DNA of 63,506 nt, the filler included, from Catajapyx aquilonaris (Eukaryota), in the NCBI GenBank assembly GCA_000934665.2. It is 3 parts of 3 records of this genome, joined end to end, with 100 filler letters (N's around TTAATTAATTAA, not from the genome) between each part and the next. Parts side by side here need not be neighbours in the genome. Positions count along the whole stretch, not along the records: positions 21,329 to 42,400 come from KZ539487.1; 2 more parts are not named here. One strand, written 5' to 3'. The notes under the pieces were generated by a model. It searched no databases. It was given only the letters and a program-made list of their open reading frames with translations, and was not told the DNA's origin. The position numbers and the translations under genes are program-made. Position 1 is the first letter of the stretch, and every line of letters begins with the position of its first letter. Positions 21,784-34,167 of this stretch are shown piece by piece.

Positions 21784-24144
21784 CGATAATAGTAATGGAT
21801 ACCTCGCGATATGGCTCCTTGAGTCTTTTAGGGGATGATATTTCCAATAACGGTCTTTAATCATTGCCCGAAAAAAACTACATAAGACTCGGATATCAAA
21901 AAACCGCGCAAATCAGTCTGTCCAAACCGAGTCTGTTGTAGCTAAATACACAGGTCATAGAGTACGTGAGTATGGCGGGACCAGTCTGCTATAACCAAGG
22001 ATCGGTTGTAGCCGAGGATGTTATATCCGGATTCAACGTATACATTTTTTGCATGCAAATATGAAATGAAAACGTAAGCATATGCATAGCGGTGAGCGGC
22101 AGTTTCCCCCCGCGGCTGGCATCAGCGCCTCGAGCGGCATGCAACGGAAGCGTGCCAAGCGGCCCCATAAGGAACCCTTCTGAATACGGAACCTGGTTAG
22201 AAAAAGCCTTGCTTTTAAGGCCTTTGTGTCGCATGATCTTGACATGACTGTACATAAACCGTCACCCGGTGAACATCCCTCACACAAAATGGCCGACTTG
22301 TTCTTCTCCAGATAATTTGCCGGAATATTTTTGGCCAAAATCCCTCCTTGCCCGACGGAGGAATTGGGGTGAGTGGTCCACCTTCCTGTAGAGATTGGCC
22401 AGACTCTGCCTGCCTCATGGAATGCACAGAGTGACCATCACATGAGAAATGAAGATGAGTCCTGCAGACGTGTGCTGCGTCCCAACTTGTCCCACGCTCA
22501 GCTCGAAGGTCTCCTTCACTTTGCCTCACAGGACATTGATGATGGGCAGGATGAGTGCGGACCAACGGTGGAGCTGAAGAGTGGTGCGCTTCCCAAGTTC
22601 ATACCAAAGACAGGTGCTTTTAGTGTTTGTTTGGTTCACAGTCAGAGCATGTCATGTTCCAACTGGTGTGACCAACCCCAAATGGTGTTGCATTTTAGTG
22701 ACGCTGACTGAAACTTAGGCAACTCTGAGCAGTCCAGCAAAGGGGACTAAAAATTCCAGGGAATCTCCAAAGCTGCCATCAGTGGCCAGAAAGGAGCCAG
22801 TAGCATTAGCTCTTGGTAGCAGTCAGCACAGTTGTAAAGAGGAAGGAAATTGCTGGATCCGCACTACCACAAGTGTAAGCGAAAAGGATAGGGTGCTACC
22901 TCGTATAATCCTCTTGAGAATTATTATCAGTCGCAGATTTTGTTGCAACAGGGTCATTTTGAGCTGTTAATGCCCATGTTTTGTCGGGCCTGCTTGAGTC
23001 AATATGATGGCTCTAATGACTTAATGTGCACTGTGCAAGGGCGGTTGATTCTCAGAGATGTCAGACTCGGAGAGCCAAAGCAAATAGTTAAACCATTATT
23101 TAATTCCAGATATGATCTTTTGGTAGGATTCATGAGGCCCAAGTTGCCCAAAGATGTGACTGATTTTTTTACATGTCCATTAATTGCTCGTTAAAATTGG
23201 AAGCAATGTTGCTAAATGTGTTCATTTGCACTTGTGTAGCCAGTGTTGCAAAATAATTTGGTAAGTAGACTATATCTGTTAGTTAAGAATTGTCATCACA
23301 AAAAATCAGTTGCAATCTACCGTTGTTTGAAAAATTGAAGTGAAAGTTATCACACATTTTTTGTGTCTCCTGCCATGAAAGTGGAAAGAAATGCAAAATC
23401 CAGAATTGTAAAGGCAGCCAAAAGCATAATCAGTTTAACATTATCACCCAACATAATTATGGACCTCTTCCACCAAAGATTGTCACCATCGTAGGTAAAA
23501 AACTAGCCAGGAATATGTTGTCACTTTCAAACCCAGATTTTCATAACACACTATGAAAAGACTGCAGGATTACTGTGATTAACCTTTTCATTGGTATTAG
23601 AAGAAAGAACCTGTACCGTCTGCACAATATAATCAGTTTGGGGATGATAATTTTATTAATCCTGGCCGCAGAGGTGGAGATCATCCTGTACAACACCATG
23701 CTGAAGGAGTACAGGAACAACCAGCTCAAGTGTGGACTGCGTGGAACATGGTGGCCACAGCGCTGGGCAGGCAAGGTACTGCACATCCTGGTCACACCGG
23801 GGCAAACTGAAAGTGTCGATGGAACAGTTGCAGAGTACGCTACTGCTCCGTTTTACAGCCGAGGACTGTGAGAGCAGATGAAAGACCATCAGGGATAAGT
23901 ATGTGCGGTACAAACGCATGGTGAAGACCAGGCCCACTGACATCGACTACTTTCCAGCGGATAGGTGGCCAGTGTATTGCTGCCTGAGTTGCCTGGATGA
24001 GGTCATTTCGGACAGGAGGTATCAACATTTCTATGCAAGCATTTTTATAAGCAACTTCTCAGAGAAATACCAGTCAGTTACATTGGGATAAAGATTGTGA
24101 TGATCCTCTCTGAATGCTAGCAGAGTGATGGTAGCCAACAGTTA

Positions 24145-25097
24145 CAGTAAAACTTCTATAAGTTGAATCTCCATGGGACCAGAAAAAAACTTCCAGTTAT
24201 AGAAGACTCGAGTTAGAGAAGTTTGGAATTATTTAAGCACAGAACTCTATCAGGAAGCCTACCTTTATATCCAGCGACAAAAGGTGTTCAAAACTTAATA
24301 ATAACTGTCACTATCACCCTTGCAATGTTCCTCATTGTTTTGTTGTAATAGAATCTCTATTATGGGCATTTGCCTACTCTTAGACTCAAGCACTAGATGC
24401 GGCACCCGGCGTTGCCCGGGAAGAATTGAATGAAGGGAAAACACCTGCCAGTAGCCCCGTCAAAATTGTCACGCACAGAGAGCGCGATGAGAGTTTTCCC
24501 AGCCGTTTTGGACTTGACAAAACGTGGACTTTTGCACGTGCGACCTTGTCCATCTGCTCCTCATTAAGCCGCCGGAGAACAATAGCATCTCTCCAGTGCT
24601 CCGTCCCGCCACCTGGTGACAAACTGGATGTACTCTAATCCTACCTCAGCTGCTACCCCGCCCGTCCTCCCCACCCAGACCACAGATTGCAGGCAAATGA
24701 CGCTTGGCAGGCGGACAGACGGACAGAGACGACAGACTCACAAACGGCTTTATTTATATAGATTCAATTGTCACAATCGAGTCAAACACTTCGTTCGGTA
24801 CATCTGATAGACGGAGATCAGGATATTGAAGCCTTTCTGTACATGTGGCCTACTCTCTACCCTTCATCTTGGAAATGAGAAAATTTTCCGTACTCGCCAA
24901 CATGAACTTCGACTTAGGGAGACTGCAAATGCATTGATAGCGCATCGTAAGGCCCTGCCAGCACTTCGAGTTATGGAGAACTTCGAGTTATAGAAATTCG
25001 AGTTAGGGAAGTTTATTTCCTATTATTTTACATTGTGACCAACCAAGCTCATCATTTTGTTCGACTTAGGGAAGTTCAACTAATAGAAGTTTTACTG
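24145..25097. mobile_element. pogo/Tigger-like non-autonomous element
   Basis: TA|CAGTAAAACTTCTAT ... ATAGAAGTTTTACTG|TA. Confidence 0.85.
24393..24762 (-). mobile_element. Non-autonomous Helitron nested in the pogo-like element
   Basis: Minus strand starts A|TCTATATAAATAAA and ends with the hairpin CCCGGGCAACGCCGGG then CTAG|T; internal (CAGA/CGGA) microsatellite. Confidence 0.85.
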
Positions 25098-25104
25098 TAA
25101 TTTC

Positions 25105-25877
25105 GGAAAGTCTATCGTTTATCCGCACATAGCGACGCGGTGCTTCAAACATGTTGGCTACGCGTCGCAAACAACCGGTTGCCGGGAGAGCACAACAAAG
25201 AGCGCCTTCTTACCCCTGCCACGCGAACCGTTCAGACGAGTGCTAGGACCCCAGTATTAATGAAGGAGGTGAGAATAGCCACGATGGTTGCTGCAGTCCG
25301 TTAACCCAAAGAACGATATGATGTCACACCAGCCGTGTTTTCTGAGCGTGTGCAGTAGTATGCCTGCAGAGTGAGTCGTGGGCATGATTGGAGGGGAGAG
25401 CCGGGTGGTGGCGGGCGGAACTTGGCGTCATGTAGTTCGTTGGTTTAACGGACTGTGTGAAGGTGTACTTCGCGCTTGGCAAAGCCACAATAACGTTCGT
25501 TGGCCTGCGGCGCCACAAGACGGACAGTAAATGTTGCGGATAAAGAAACCCACAATAAGCGCCCAGCTCCGCTATCGCTCCGCAAAAACTAAAAATATCA
25601 CGCACGGGCGACGTACCGTGCCTGGCAGGGCCACAACAACGTACAGTACTGTTGCGGTAACAAAAAGCCATACAGCAACACCAAGACAAAAGGCTATTCC
25701 ATCCACTTAATCACCTCAAAATCCCGATTTGAATCCCCGAAAGGCCGAAAAGAAAAATAAAGCACAGTTCCATGTAACCATGCAGCAGTATCAATAGGCA
25801 CCCGATTGTTTGCGACGCAACGTTGCCAACCGTCGGGAGGCCTTGTTGTTAACGTGCGGATAAACAATAGCTTATCC
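25105..25877. mobile_element. TIR element with 8-9-bp TSD (possibly Mutator-like)
   Basis: CTATCGTTTATCCGCAC...CGTCGCAAACAA is mirrored at about 25800-25877. Direct repeat GTAATTTC(G) at 25097 and 25878. Confidence 0.7.
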
Positions 25878-26225
25878 GTAATTTCGCCTTGTTCGTATGT
25901 GGCTAGTGTGCAGCTGGTGAAGATGTTACGTAGATGATTTTATCAGAGTTCTCTTTCATGCAGGACAAGGCGATCTCGTCAGGACTATGATGTCAACCAG
26001 AGTGATGCTCTTTACATGATGGAGGGCTCCACAGAGGAAAATTCTGGTGAAGGCATGGAGGAGGAGATGATGATTCCAATTCAGAATAATTATGCTGAAG
26101 GTATGGAAGAGGATGTCAAACCACAGATTTTAATTCAGGAGGTTTCGGCTGAAGGTGTTAGAGAGGACGTTAGGCAGCAGAGTGCAGCTGAGAAGAATTC
26201 CGCTGAAGATATTTGGAAGAGAATG

Positions 26226-27778
26226 TGTCACCACAGTCCGCCCGTCACTATCCTTGGCGGAGTGGTCAGCGCCTGCCTCCACTAGGAACTTGACGATGTC
26301 TAGACAGCCGCCGTGGCAGCATAGTGCAGAGGGGTGTACAGGGCCGGACTGGCCCGGCCAGCTGACCGGCGATCGCCGGTGGGGCCAAAGGTGGGGCCAA
26401 AGTTTTCCGCAGGGGCCGGTAGATCGCGGTCGCCTGGTTTCGGTCAGTGGATGGGTTTGCCTGAACAATAATTATATTTAAAAAAAATCTTACCCTTGAT
26501 AGCCTTTCTGGCTTGTCGGGGGACATTCCCCCCACAGCAGGTTACATAATATATTACAGTATATGCACTCATAATTTGGTAAGGCTCAAAGGCTGATTGA
26601 ACATTTGAACTATCGGGAGGGGGGCCCGGCACCTTTCCCGTCTTGAAGGTGCAAAATGTTTGGGGTCACTGGTCAGAAAGGGACAAATATAACAGGTACC
26701 TTCAATTAGGAACCCTGACTTCATCTGGTCGCGACTCACGCTCACAGGGCAAGAAATAAGCATGCCAAGTCACTTCTTCGGCCACCAACAGGATAAGAAT
26801 TTCAGTGCATTTTCCGAGTCGTGCTCTCACAATAAATGACATACAGTATTGACAACCCTATGTACTGAACCCTTGAGGGCTCACCATCTGGGACCAGCCA
26901 AGAGCTGAAGAAGCCAGTACTGCATGCCCTTCTTGTGGAGGCACTACATGACTGGAGAACACGCAGCACGGTGAACGGTCAGTGACAGTGGCGGATTTGG
27001 GGGGACGGGGGCACGGGGGCACGTGCCCCCCCCCCCCCCCNNNNNNNNNNNNNNNNNNNNNNNNNNNNNNNNNNNNNNNNNNNNNNNNNNNNNNNNNNNN
27101 NNNNNNNNNNNNNNNNNNNNNNNNNNNNNNNNNNNNNNNNNNNNNNNNNNNNNNNNNNNNNNNNNNNNNNNNNNNNNNNNNNNNNNNNNNNNNNNNNNNN
27201 NNNNNNNNNNNNCCCGGAAATGTAATGCAACAATATAACTTTTCCTTGCTTTTATAATACTTAATACCGTACCAATTTTGGTACAATAATGTGAAGGTTA
27301 TGGGAACGGTAAATGACTGAGAAATTGGGGGCCAACACGATTTAACAGCCGGTGGGGCCAACCACTAGCCAGTCCGGCCCTGGGGGTGTAGTTGATGAGG
27401 CCAGGGTCGTTCAGGGTGGCCCCTTCTTTCAGGAGGAAGTCAACCACTGCCAATTGGTTTTCACGCGCCGCGTAGTGGTCCTCGTCCACGTCCTTGGCCT
27501 TGACCTCCGCCTCTCCGCGGATCAGGTGGCCGCAGGTGGAGGGATGCCCACTCATGGCGGCCAGGTGAAGGGTGGTGTCCTCCGACAGCCCTACCAGGTT
27601 GACCGGCCATCCTTCCCGCACCAGGTAACAGACCACCTCATCCTGCCCCCACATGGCCGCTCCAGCCGTTGGTGTCGTCCACCAGGCACACCAGTCCTCA
27701 GATCCCAGTGCGCTTCTCCACCATTCCTTGCACCTCGCTCAGTCTGCCATGTTCGCAGGCCATCAGAAAGGGCAGCCT
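26226..27778 (-). pseudogene. Ankyrin-repeat pseudogene exon split by a hAT element
   Basis: Acceptor at 27779-27780. Reads FLMACEHGRL...*...TTLHLAAMSGHPSTCGHLIRGEAEVKAKD...NYTP | LHYAA / HGGCLDIVKFLVEAGADHSAKDSDGRT, with an in-frame stop, deletions and a frameshift. Confidence 0.8.
26339..27382. mobile_element. hAT-type non-autonomous element (contains an N gap and a probable nested CAGTGGCGGA element end)
   Basis: CAGGGCCGGACTGGC / GCCAGTCCGGCCCTG TIRs, 8-bp TSD GGGGTGTA. Confidence 0.9.
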
Positions 27779-27960
27779 CTGGGGAAAAATATTGGCCACA
27801 TTAATACTTACTTATCAAACAAATAGCAGCAGAGCCTGTTCTTCCCATGGCCTGTTTCCTGCCATGGACAAACAAACAAACTTTACCATACATGTACGAA
27901 GTTCTTGCAAGTGCATTAAAATAACTGATGAGCAACCGACCACCTAATTTTGCATTCAGC

Positions 27961-28399
27961 TTTTTTCCTCATACCAATTGTAAGGTATTGCGAACAAGAT
28001 TGTAATGGTATGAATAAATTAATGCTATTACCATTGCGTAATAATTAAATCTCACATTTACTGTATAGTAATTAATGATATTACAATTGTGTAATAAATC
28101 TGGCATTTAATTACACAGTTGTAATACCATAATTAGCGGCATGGTGGTCTAGCGGCTATGCCGCTGGCCAGCCTAGCGGGAGGCCGGGGTGCAAATTTCG
28201 TCCCCGTCACCTCTGCTTGGCCAGGTCTTTTTCCGCTTTTCACCCGACATGCCGGGGCAGAATTGCACTCCCTATCTGCCCGGGGCCAGTAGAAAAGGCC
28301 TGGTGTTTTTCACAAGTCAGAAATGACTCAAAAATTACAGCGCCCTCCCTAGGGAACCTCCCCCTTCCCCCCTAAGAGAGCCACTGGCTCTATCACGGG

Positions 28400-28449
<50 letters not shown>

Positions 28450-28524
28450 CATAATTACACATTAACACCATTGCAATCATGTTCTCAATACCTTTCACAT
28501 GCTTTCACATGCGAGAGGAAAAAA
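27961..28524. mobile_element. AT-rich MITE carrying a SINE insertion
   Basis: TTTTCCTC...AAGGTATTG.GAACA.GATTG.AATGGT is mirrored at about 28468-28524. Confidence 0.55.
28136..28443 (+). mobile_element. tRNA-derived SINE, family C
   Basis: Homologous to 19021-19332; (AAT)n tail; 14-bp TSD TAATACCATAATTA. Confidence 0.9.
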
Positions 28525-28533
28525 TAACAATTA

Positions 28534-28892
28534 CAGTGGAGCATCGATTATCCGAATAGAGTCTGCCCAGGGGGTGTTCAGATAACTGATCATTTACGGG
28601 AAAAAATTGTACCGGTGTCATAGGAGCAATATGAAACTAAGAAACAGTGAAATTAACCACAAAACAGTATATTTTCTGTCACAAGCACGTCTTAAAAATA
28701 CTGTACAGTAGCACTGACTTGGCTGGTCACGTTACTCACCTAGGCTGTTGCCAGGGAGGAGGAAATAGCTGCAGCGCCACAGCACCAGCGGACACTAGCA
28801 AAACCACATAGTGTTTTTTTTTGTGTTTTTTTAAAATTTGCCGACCCAAAATCGTTCGGTTGATTGGTGTTCGGATAATCGATGCTCCACTG
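28534..28892. mobile_element. Tigger/pogo-like MITE
   Basis: TA|CAGTGGAGCATCGATTATCCGAA ... TTCGGATAATCGATGCTCCACTG|TA. Confidence 0.9.
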
Positions 28893-30331
28893 TATTAGGA
28901 ATGTAGGAGGATGAAAGGCCATGCCGGGCCATCCTCCTTAAATATTAATTTTCAATGTATTAGGAATGTGGTCCACTGCTCAATAATTTTGTTCAACTTC
29001 AAAATAGGAGTAAGAGTGAGAAAGACTCTGCTTTTAATTTTTAGATTGCCAGTGAAATATTTACAATGTTAATTTAAAAGTCTGCCATTGCACAAATTAA
29101 AAAGTTGATGGCATTTATCTGCTAACGATTAGCAATTACAGCCTGACTTCGCAGATCCGCTGCAAAACCTGTTGAAAATATTACATTAACTACCTATTAG
29201 AATTAATGGCTAATTATCTTTTCACTATTAATTTCTGCATTTAAAATCTTACTGATCTTCAAATTAGTAATTGCTAATTTGAAGATTATTAATGACTAAT
29301 ATCTGCATTTAAAATCTTACTAACTTATAATAGTCAATCACTTATTATACCGGTATGAAATCTTGCTAAATTTTTTTTTAGCTTTTTAATTTTTTAAATG
29401 ACTAATTAGACCTACTAATTATTAGATTTTCATGTTAGTAGTTTTTAACTTGCAATTTCACCATTTGAATCCTACTAGGGGTAAACCATACAGTGATGGA
29501 CCACTGCACCTTGGTTCTTTAAGAAATGGGCCGTGTAAATGACATAACATGAAGAAATGATCATGGTGTGACACCTGTGGTCCCTGGCATGAACTAGGTC
29601 AAAATCAGTCCTCAGCGGGCATTGGAAGAGCAGTAATGGCATCTGACACAGAGACCTACTGGTCATGTTGGAATGCAGCTGGTAAATGTTAACTTTTTTC
29701 TTAAGGACTTTCTTGCATTGTAAGTGTGTTTCTGGTCTCATAAATATCCCGAAAGAAATGTGAGGTATATGAAAGTATTGGTCTAGAGGTGCTTTATTGA
29801 AGCATGGGATTGAAACCAGTCCCTTTGTTCAGGAGTATTAATTCATTAGGATGGCCATGTCTGTCCAGCGTCTAATGACATTTCATAGTGATGGCCATGC
29901 CATGGACATTACTGTGTTAGGCTTTAAAAATTGAATGCCACATATGTAGGCCTAAGTATCATGATCACGAGAATTATTCTTGGAGAGAAATGACCGCAAT
30001 GATTTAGGAGGAAATACACAACAATAGCAAATCCATAGGCTTATCTTATTGTGTGTAACCGCCAATGCCTATTCTTGTATGTGACGAATACTTGCAAAAT
30101 AAAATAATCAGTGATATTTCCTCCCAATCTGTACAGGCTTTTGAGTGACTTTATCTCACATCAGTTAGGCCTACCTTCCTAATACCGATGGGGTCCCTAC
30201 TTTGGTCCCTACCGTAGCAAGACTATTGTTTTGCTGCCATGGCCATCACTATCTTGACACCTGGCCATTATTACTATCTGGATGGGTGGCCATTACTGTC
30301 TTTTAGGTAGGATATTTTGTGCATTTAAATA

Positions 30332-30332
30332 T

Positions 30333-30401
<69 letters not shown>

Positions 30402-30732
30402 CCTTGGGTAGTGCCTGACCCTGGGATATGCAGCACGGACCTTTATTGTAACTTGTAGTACATAGTACAGTGAAACCATAATTTTGAAACGCCCAGGCCC
30501 ACGGGCAGGATGACAGGAGGGGATGTGCAAGGTGCAGTGCAATGTCTCATGTGTGGTCGTTCTGTGAACTCCCCCGGGTGGTTTAGTCTATTGGAAATAC
30601 CATCCGAGACCAAGCCAGAGATGACCCTGAACTCTGCACAAGATGAAGGGGGTGTCCCTAGGCTGGGATTGAACCCGGGACCTTAACATCCGTGGGCGCA
30701 TAAGTTACCGCAGCACCACTCCGCCTCCTTTT
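30332..30732 (-). mobile_element. tRNA-derived SINE, family B, with (TTA)n tail
   Basis: B box GGTTCAATCCC on the minus strand; head and body homologous to 2700-2925; flanking direct repeat CATTTAAAT. Confidence 0.85.
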
Positions 30733-31024
30733 CATTTAAATGTATATACACATTCTGATAGATTTTTGTGAATGCCTGATGATGCAAAAATATTATATTA
30801 TATAATATATCGTTCGAGATCTTGTTTAAATCCACGTAAGGATATGTCCGAGTTGTTTTCCTATCTTCACAGTGTGATCTTTTGTCATAAAAAGTAGGCG
30901 GAAAGGAATTGCCGAGAGTTAGCTTGTTTAAATGTACGTAACATATTATGCGAGTTGTTTACCTATCTCCATTGTGTAATATATTTTTTATCGCAAGCAG
31001 AACACGGAAAGGTGTCATTTTTTG

Positions 31025-31475
31025 ACTAGTTGCCGACGTTATGCCGCAAAGTGAATTTTTCATGACACTTCTCGAAGGCCAAAAAATTCCCCCTGTGAAC
31101 CCTGGATAGTGCAAATCTTTGCCTGTCTAATGAATTAATGATATATTTGAAACTTATAAATCGCCATTTCCAGCATATGCATTAAGAAAACCTTGTTTGG
31201 CATGATACAAGGTACATATATGAAAATTAACATGTACATGTTAATTTTCATAGGGAACCATACCATAGTTAAAAAGTTATTGAGGAATGTTTGGGTTGGT
31301 CGCGACCCCATTTTATGATAGTCAAGTAACCTGCGACCCCCACCCCCCTCCCCGGTTAGCAACAACTGCATTAGACAGACAAAGCTTTGCACTGTCCAGG
31401 ATTCACAGGGGGATTTTTTGGCCTCCGAGAAGTGCCATAAAAACTCATTTTGCGGCGTAACGTCGGCAGCTAGTC
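31025..31475. mobile_element. MITE with about 105-bp TIRs
   Basis: GACTAGTTGCCGACGTTATGCCGCAAA...CTGTCTAATG is mirrored at about 31368-31475. Confidence 0.8.
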
Positions 31476-31971
31476 CCCCATTTTGTTTCTTTTCAAAATA
31501 AAATCCTACCTACTGCTCTGAGCAGTTTGCAGCAGTAATTTTCACGAGCCGTTCCATACAGTACTTGAGAATTGCTTGAGTAAGACCTATGGTACAGATT
31601 AAATCAATTGGTGAAGGTCTTACGTGCGCCTGCCTTGTTTCAGTACTTTCATTTCGCCACGGAGGTCTTACTACCCTTTTTTTCACTCAAGGGAATGTTT
31701 TGGATCTTATTTCAGTTCTTTTTTAAACCCCTTCGCAATACCAGACATACCGCCATCGCCTAGGTTGTCGCTTACACGTACTCTGAAGACAAGGACAAGA
31801 TATTTTACAAATAATAACAGCTACAGTGATATACGTATCATATCATACTAACACCTTTATGCTCTACACTACAGTCTGCACTATGAATGTATTGGAGACG
31901 ATTTTCGTCGCCTAGAGGCCCCTAAAATTATTATCAGAGAGATAGTCGTAAAAAACGAAATTCGAATGCTA

Positions 31972-32270
31972 CCAGCCAACGAACGGTTAGTCTAATTTAA
32001 TTATGAAATAGCCTACATGCTAAAATATATGGAATTTATACATTGAGAACTGTACAAGACGAATTTGCTGAAATCGTGGTATACTTTGCAAGAATTCAAT
32101 CAATACTTATCTGGGGCTTGCCTCCGTCACATCTGAAAACTCCCAAACTTATTTAATTTTCGCGAAATGCGACGATTTCAGCAAATTCGTCTGGCACGTT
32201 TCTCAAGGTAGATATTCCGCATATACTGTAGCATAATTTCATAATTAATTCAGCTTAAGAGTTGGCCGGT
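31972..32270. mobile_element. Degenerate palindromic MITE
   Basis: AGACGAATTTGCTGAAATCGT / ACGATTTCAGCAAATTCGTCT plus flanking imperfect inverted arms. Confidence 0.55.
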
Positions 32271-32340
32271 AATACCTGACGATGGCGATGGCAATGGCAA
32301 TGGGGATATAGCAGGTAGTGAAGGGGTTAATAGTAGGCTA

Positions 32341-33291
32341 CAGTTGAATCCAGATAAAACAAACTTCAAGAGACTGCGGAAAAAGTCTGTTAAAACCGAG
32401 GTCTGCTATAGCCAAATAGTCACGCAATGAAAACAGAGATTTCTGCTTTCAATGTGGCTGTACTATGCACTACTAGACTACATACCACCGAAGCAGTAGT
32501 GGCGGAGGGGATTTGGTATCCGACTGCTAATCGGGAGGTCCTGGGTTCGAGTCCCGGAGGCCGGCGGTCCTGACCTTGGTTTTCTGTGGTTTTCCAAGGT
32601 CGCCCCAGGAATAATTTCCGGGATCGTACCGTAAAATAGGCCACAGCTGCTTCCTTCCTCTCCCTGTCCTGGAGGAGGTGCGGGTTAGTCGGGGGTTTCT
32701 AACTCGCATCTAGGGGGTCATCTTGGCGAACGGGCCCCCTGAGGGACTGCACACGACCCCCAACTTGATGACATTGCACACGACCCCCAACTTGATGACA
32801 TTGCACACGACCCCCAACTTGATGACATTGCACATGCACCAGTGTCCCCCCCTCCTATCCCCACCCTGTCCCTGCACATAGTGGTATTCCACTCCCCTAA
32901 GAGAGCCCATGGCTCTAGCACGGGGTATATCTAAATAAAAAAAAAAAAAAAAAAAAAACTAGACTACATACCGATTAATGCAATCTGTCAAAAATGTACT
33001 ATTAGCTCACTCGAAAATGATGAAGGACCAAAATATCCGAAATTATCTTCTGCCGTCTCCTTTGTGCAAAATAATATTGTACCTGGAAAAGTATATTTTC
33101 CCACCGAGGGCCAAGAAATGGTGTCTTAAACTTATACCCGAGTCCCGAGGTGATGTGAAAATGAGCCTGTTACGCGTATGTACTTCTGTCAGGAGTAAAA
33201 TACACAGGGCCTTATGGAAGCATGCCAGGACCAGCCTTTATAACCAAAAGTATGTAGTTATAGCCGAGGCTGTTATATCCGGATTCAACTG
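32341..33291. mobile_element. pogo/Tigger-like MITE with a SINE insertion
   Basis: TA|CAGTTGAATCC.GATA.AACA ... TGTTATATCCGGATTCAACTG|TA. A related right end lies at about 22000-22040. Confidence 0.8.
32487..32957 (+). mobile_element. tRNA-derived SINE, family A
   Basis: Homologous to 9731-10199; poly-A tail; 15-bp TSD ACTAGACTACATACC; internal 27-bp unit repeated three times. Confidence 0.92.
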
Positions 33292-34167
33292 TAATAAGTA
33301 TGATGCGTTCACCCCAGAGCAGCGGGATAACATTTCGCTAACAATATGGCAAGGTGTAGATAAGAATTGACATTGCTAGGTGATAGAATCATGAACAAAT
33401 GAAGTATTTGACGGCAAAAAATTGGTGAAAAAAATCATAACTTCAATCTTGCAGCAGGTGGAACTGTGAGGTTTTGAACATAGATCCGCACCATCCTACT
33501 GCGCATTCGGCTGGCATTCGGCCCTTTGATGAAGAAACCAAATTCCGAATAGTTATTGAGCAAAAAAATAGAAATGTATTTTATATTGGATTTTACTTGT
33601 TTGTGGCTTTTTGAAGACGAATTGAGTTTGGCTGTAAATGGTAGGAATGCACTTCACCGGTGGGGATCTGCCTTCAAATTTTGGAAGTGGTGCCTGCAGC
33701 AGAACTTGAGTTCGGGCGAATTTTATAAAACGTAATAACAACAAGTAGGAAAAATTCATTGTTGAAAGTTGTTGTAAGGACTTACTAAGGGGCTCCCGCC
33801 CCTAAAATACGCGGATTGAAACAAGCTTTCGAACTATGTACTGTACGTATAATGTTATTTTTTGGTCCATTTTCCTGGGACTTATTTAGAATCAAGCACA
33901 GGGGCCAGTGTTTAAAAATTCGAATTCATTCGTAATCCATTTTTAGACGCCACTCCTGTTCTGAGGACCTAAGACTGATTTGGTACCCTGGATGGTGACT
34001 TCTCTGCTGCTCTGAATGGACGAACAAGTGTCAAAGTGGTCTGAAGACCAAGTCCAGCAATGGCTCAAGCGAGAGGGACTGGAGCCTTTTTGCGAAGCGT
34101 TTGCTGGTATAAAGTACATATGTAGGATAAAGAGTGAGTACCTTGTCTGATAGTACACCCTATAGTT

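Larger units (their letters stand above)
23644..26225 (+). pseudogene. MADF (Myb/SANT-like) domain pseudogene, 3 exons
   Basis: Exon 23644-23775 (EVEIILYNTMLKEYRNNQLK / frameshift / WTAWNMVATALGRQ). Exon 23859-24018 (EDCESR*KTIRDKYVR...RWPVYCCLSCLD), with TGA at the conserved Trp. Exon 25964 to about 26225 is an acidic tail. Splice phases match. Confidence 0.75.

Noticed and set aside
23879..23881. Selenocysteine or readthrough TGA in the MADF gene
   Set aside because: It replaces a conserved Trp (TGG to TGA) and the gene also has a frameshift.
32748..32835. CRISPR-like 27-bp repeats
   Set aside because: No spacers, located inside a SINE, eukaryotic context and no cas genes.
33312..33360. 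CCCAG... as the left terminus of the EnSpm-like element
   Set aside because: It cannot be verified because the right end is lost in the gap at 42401.
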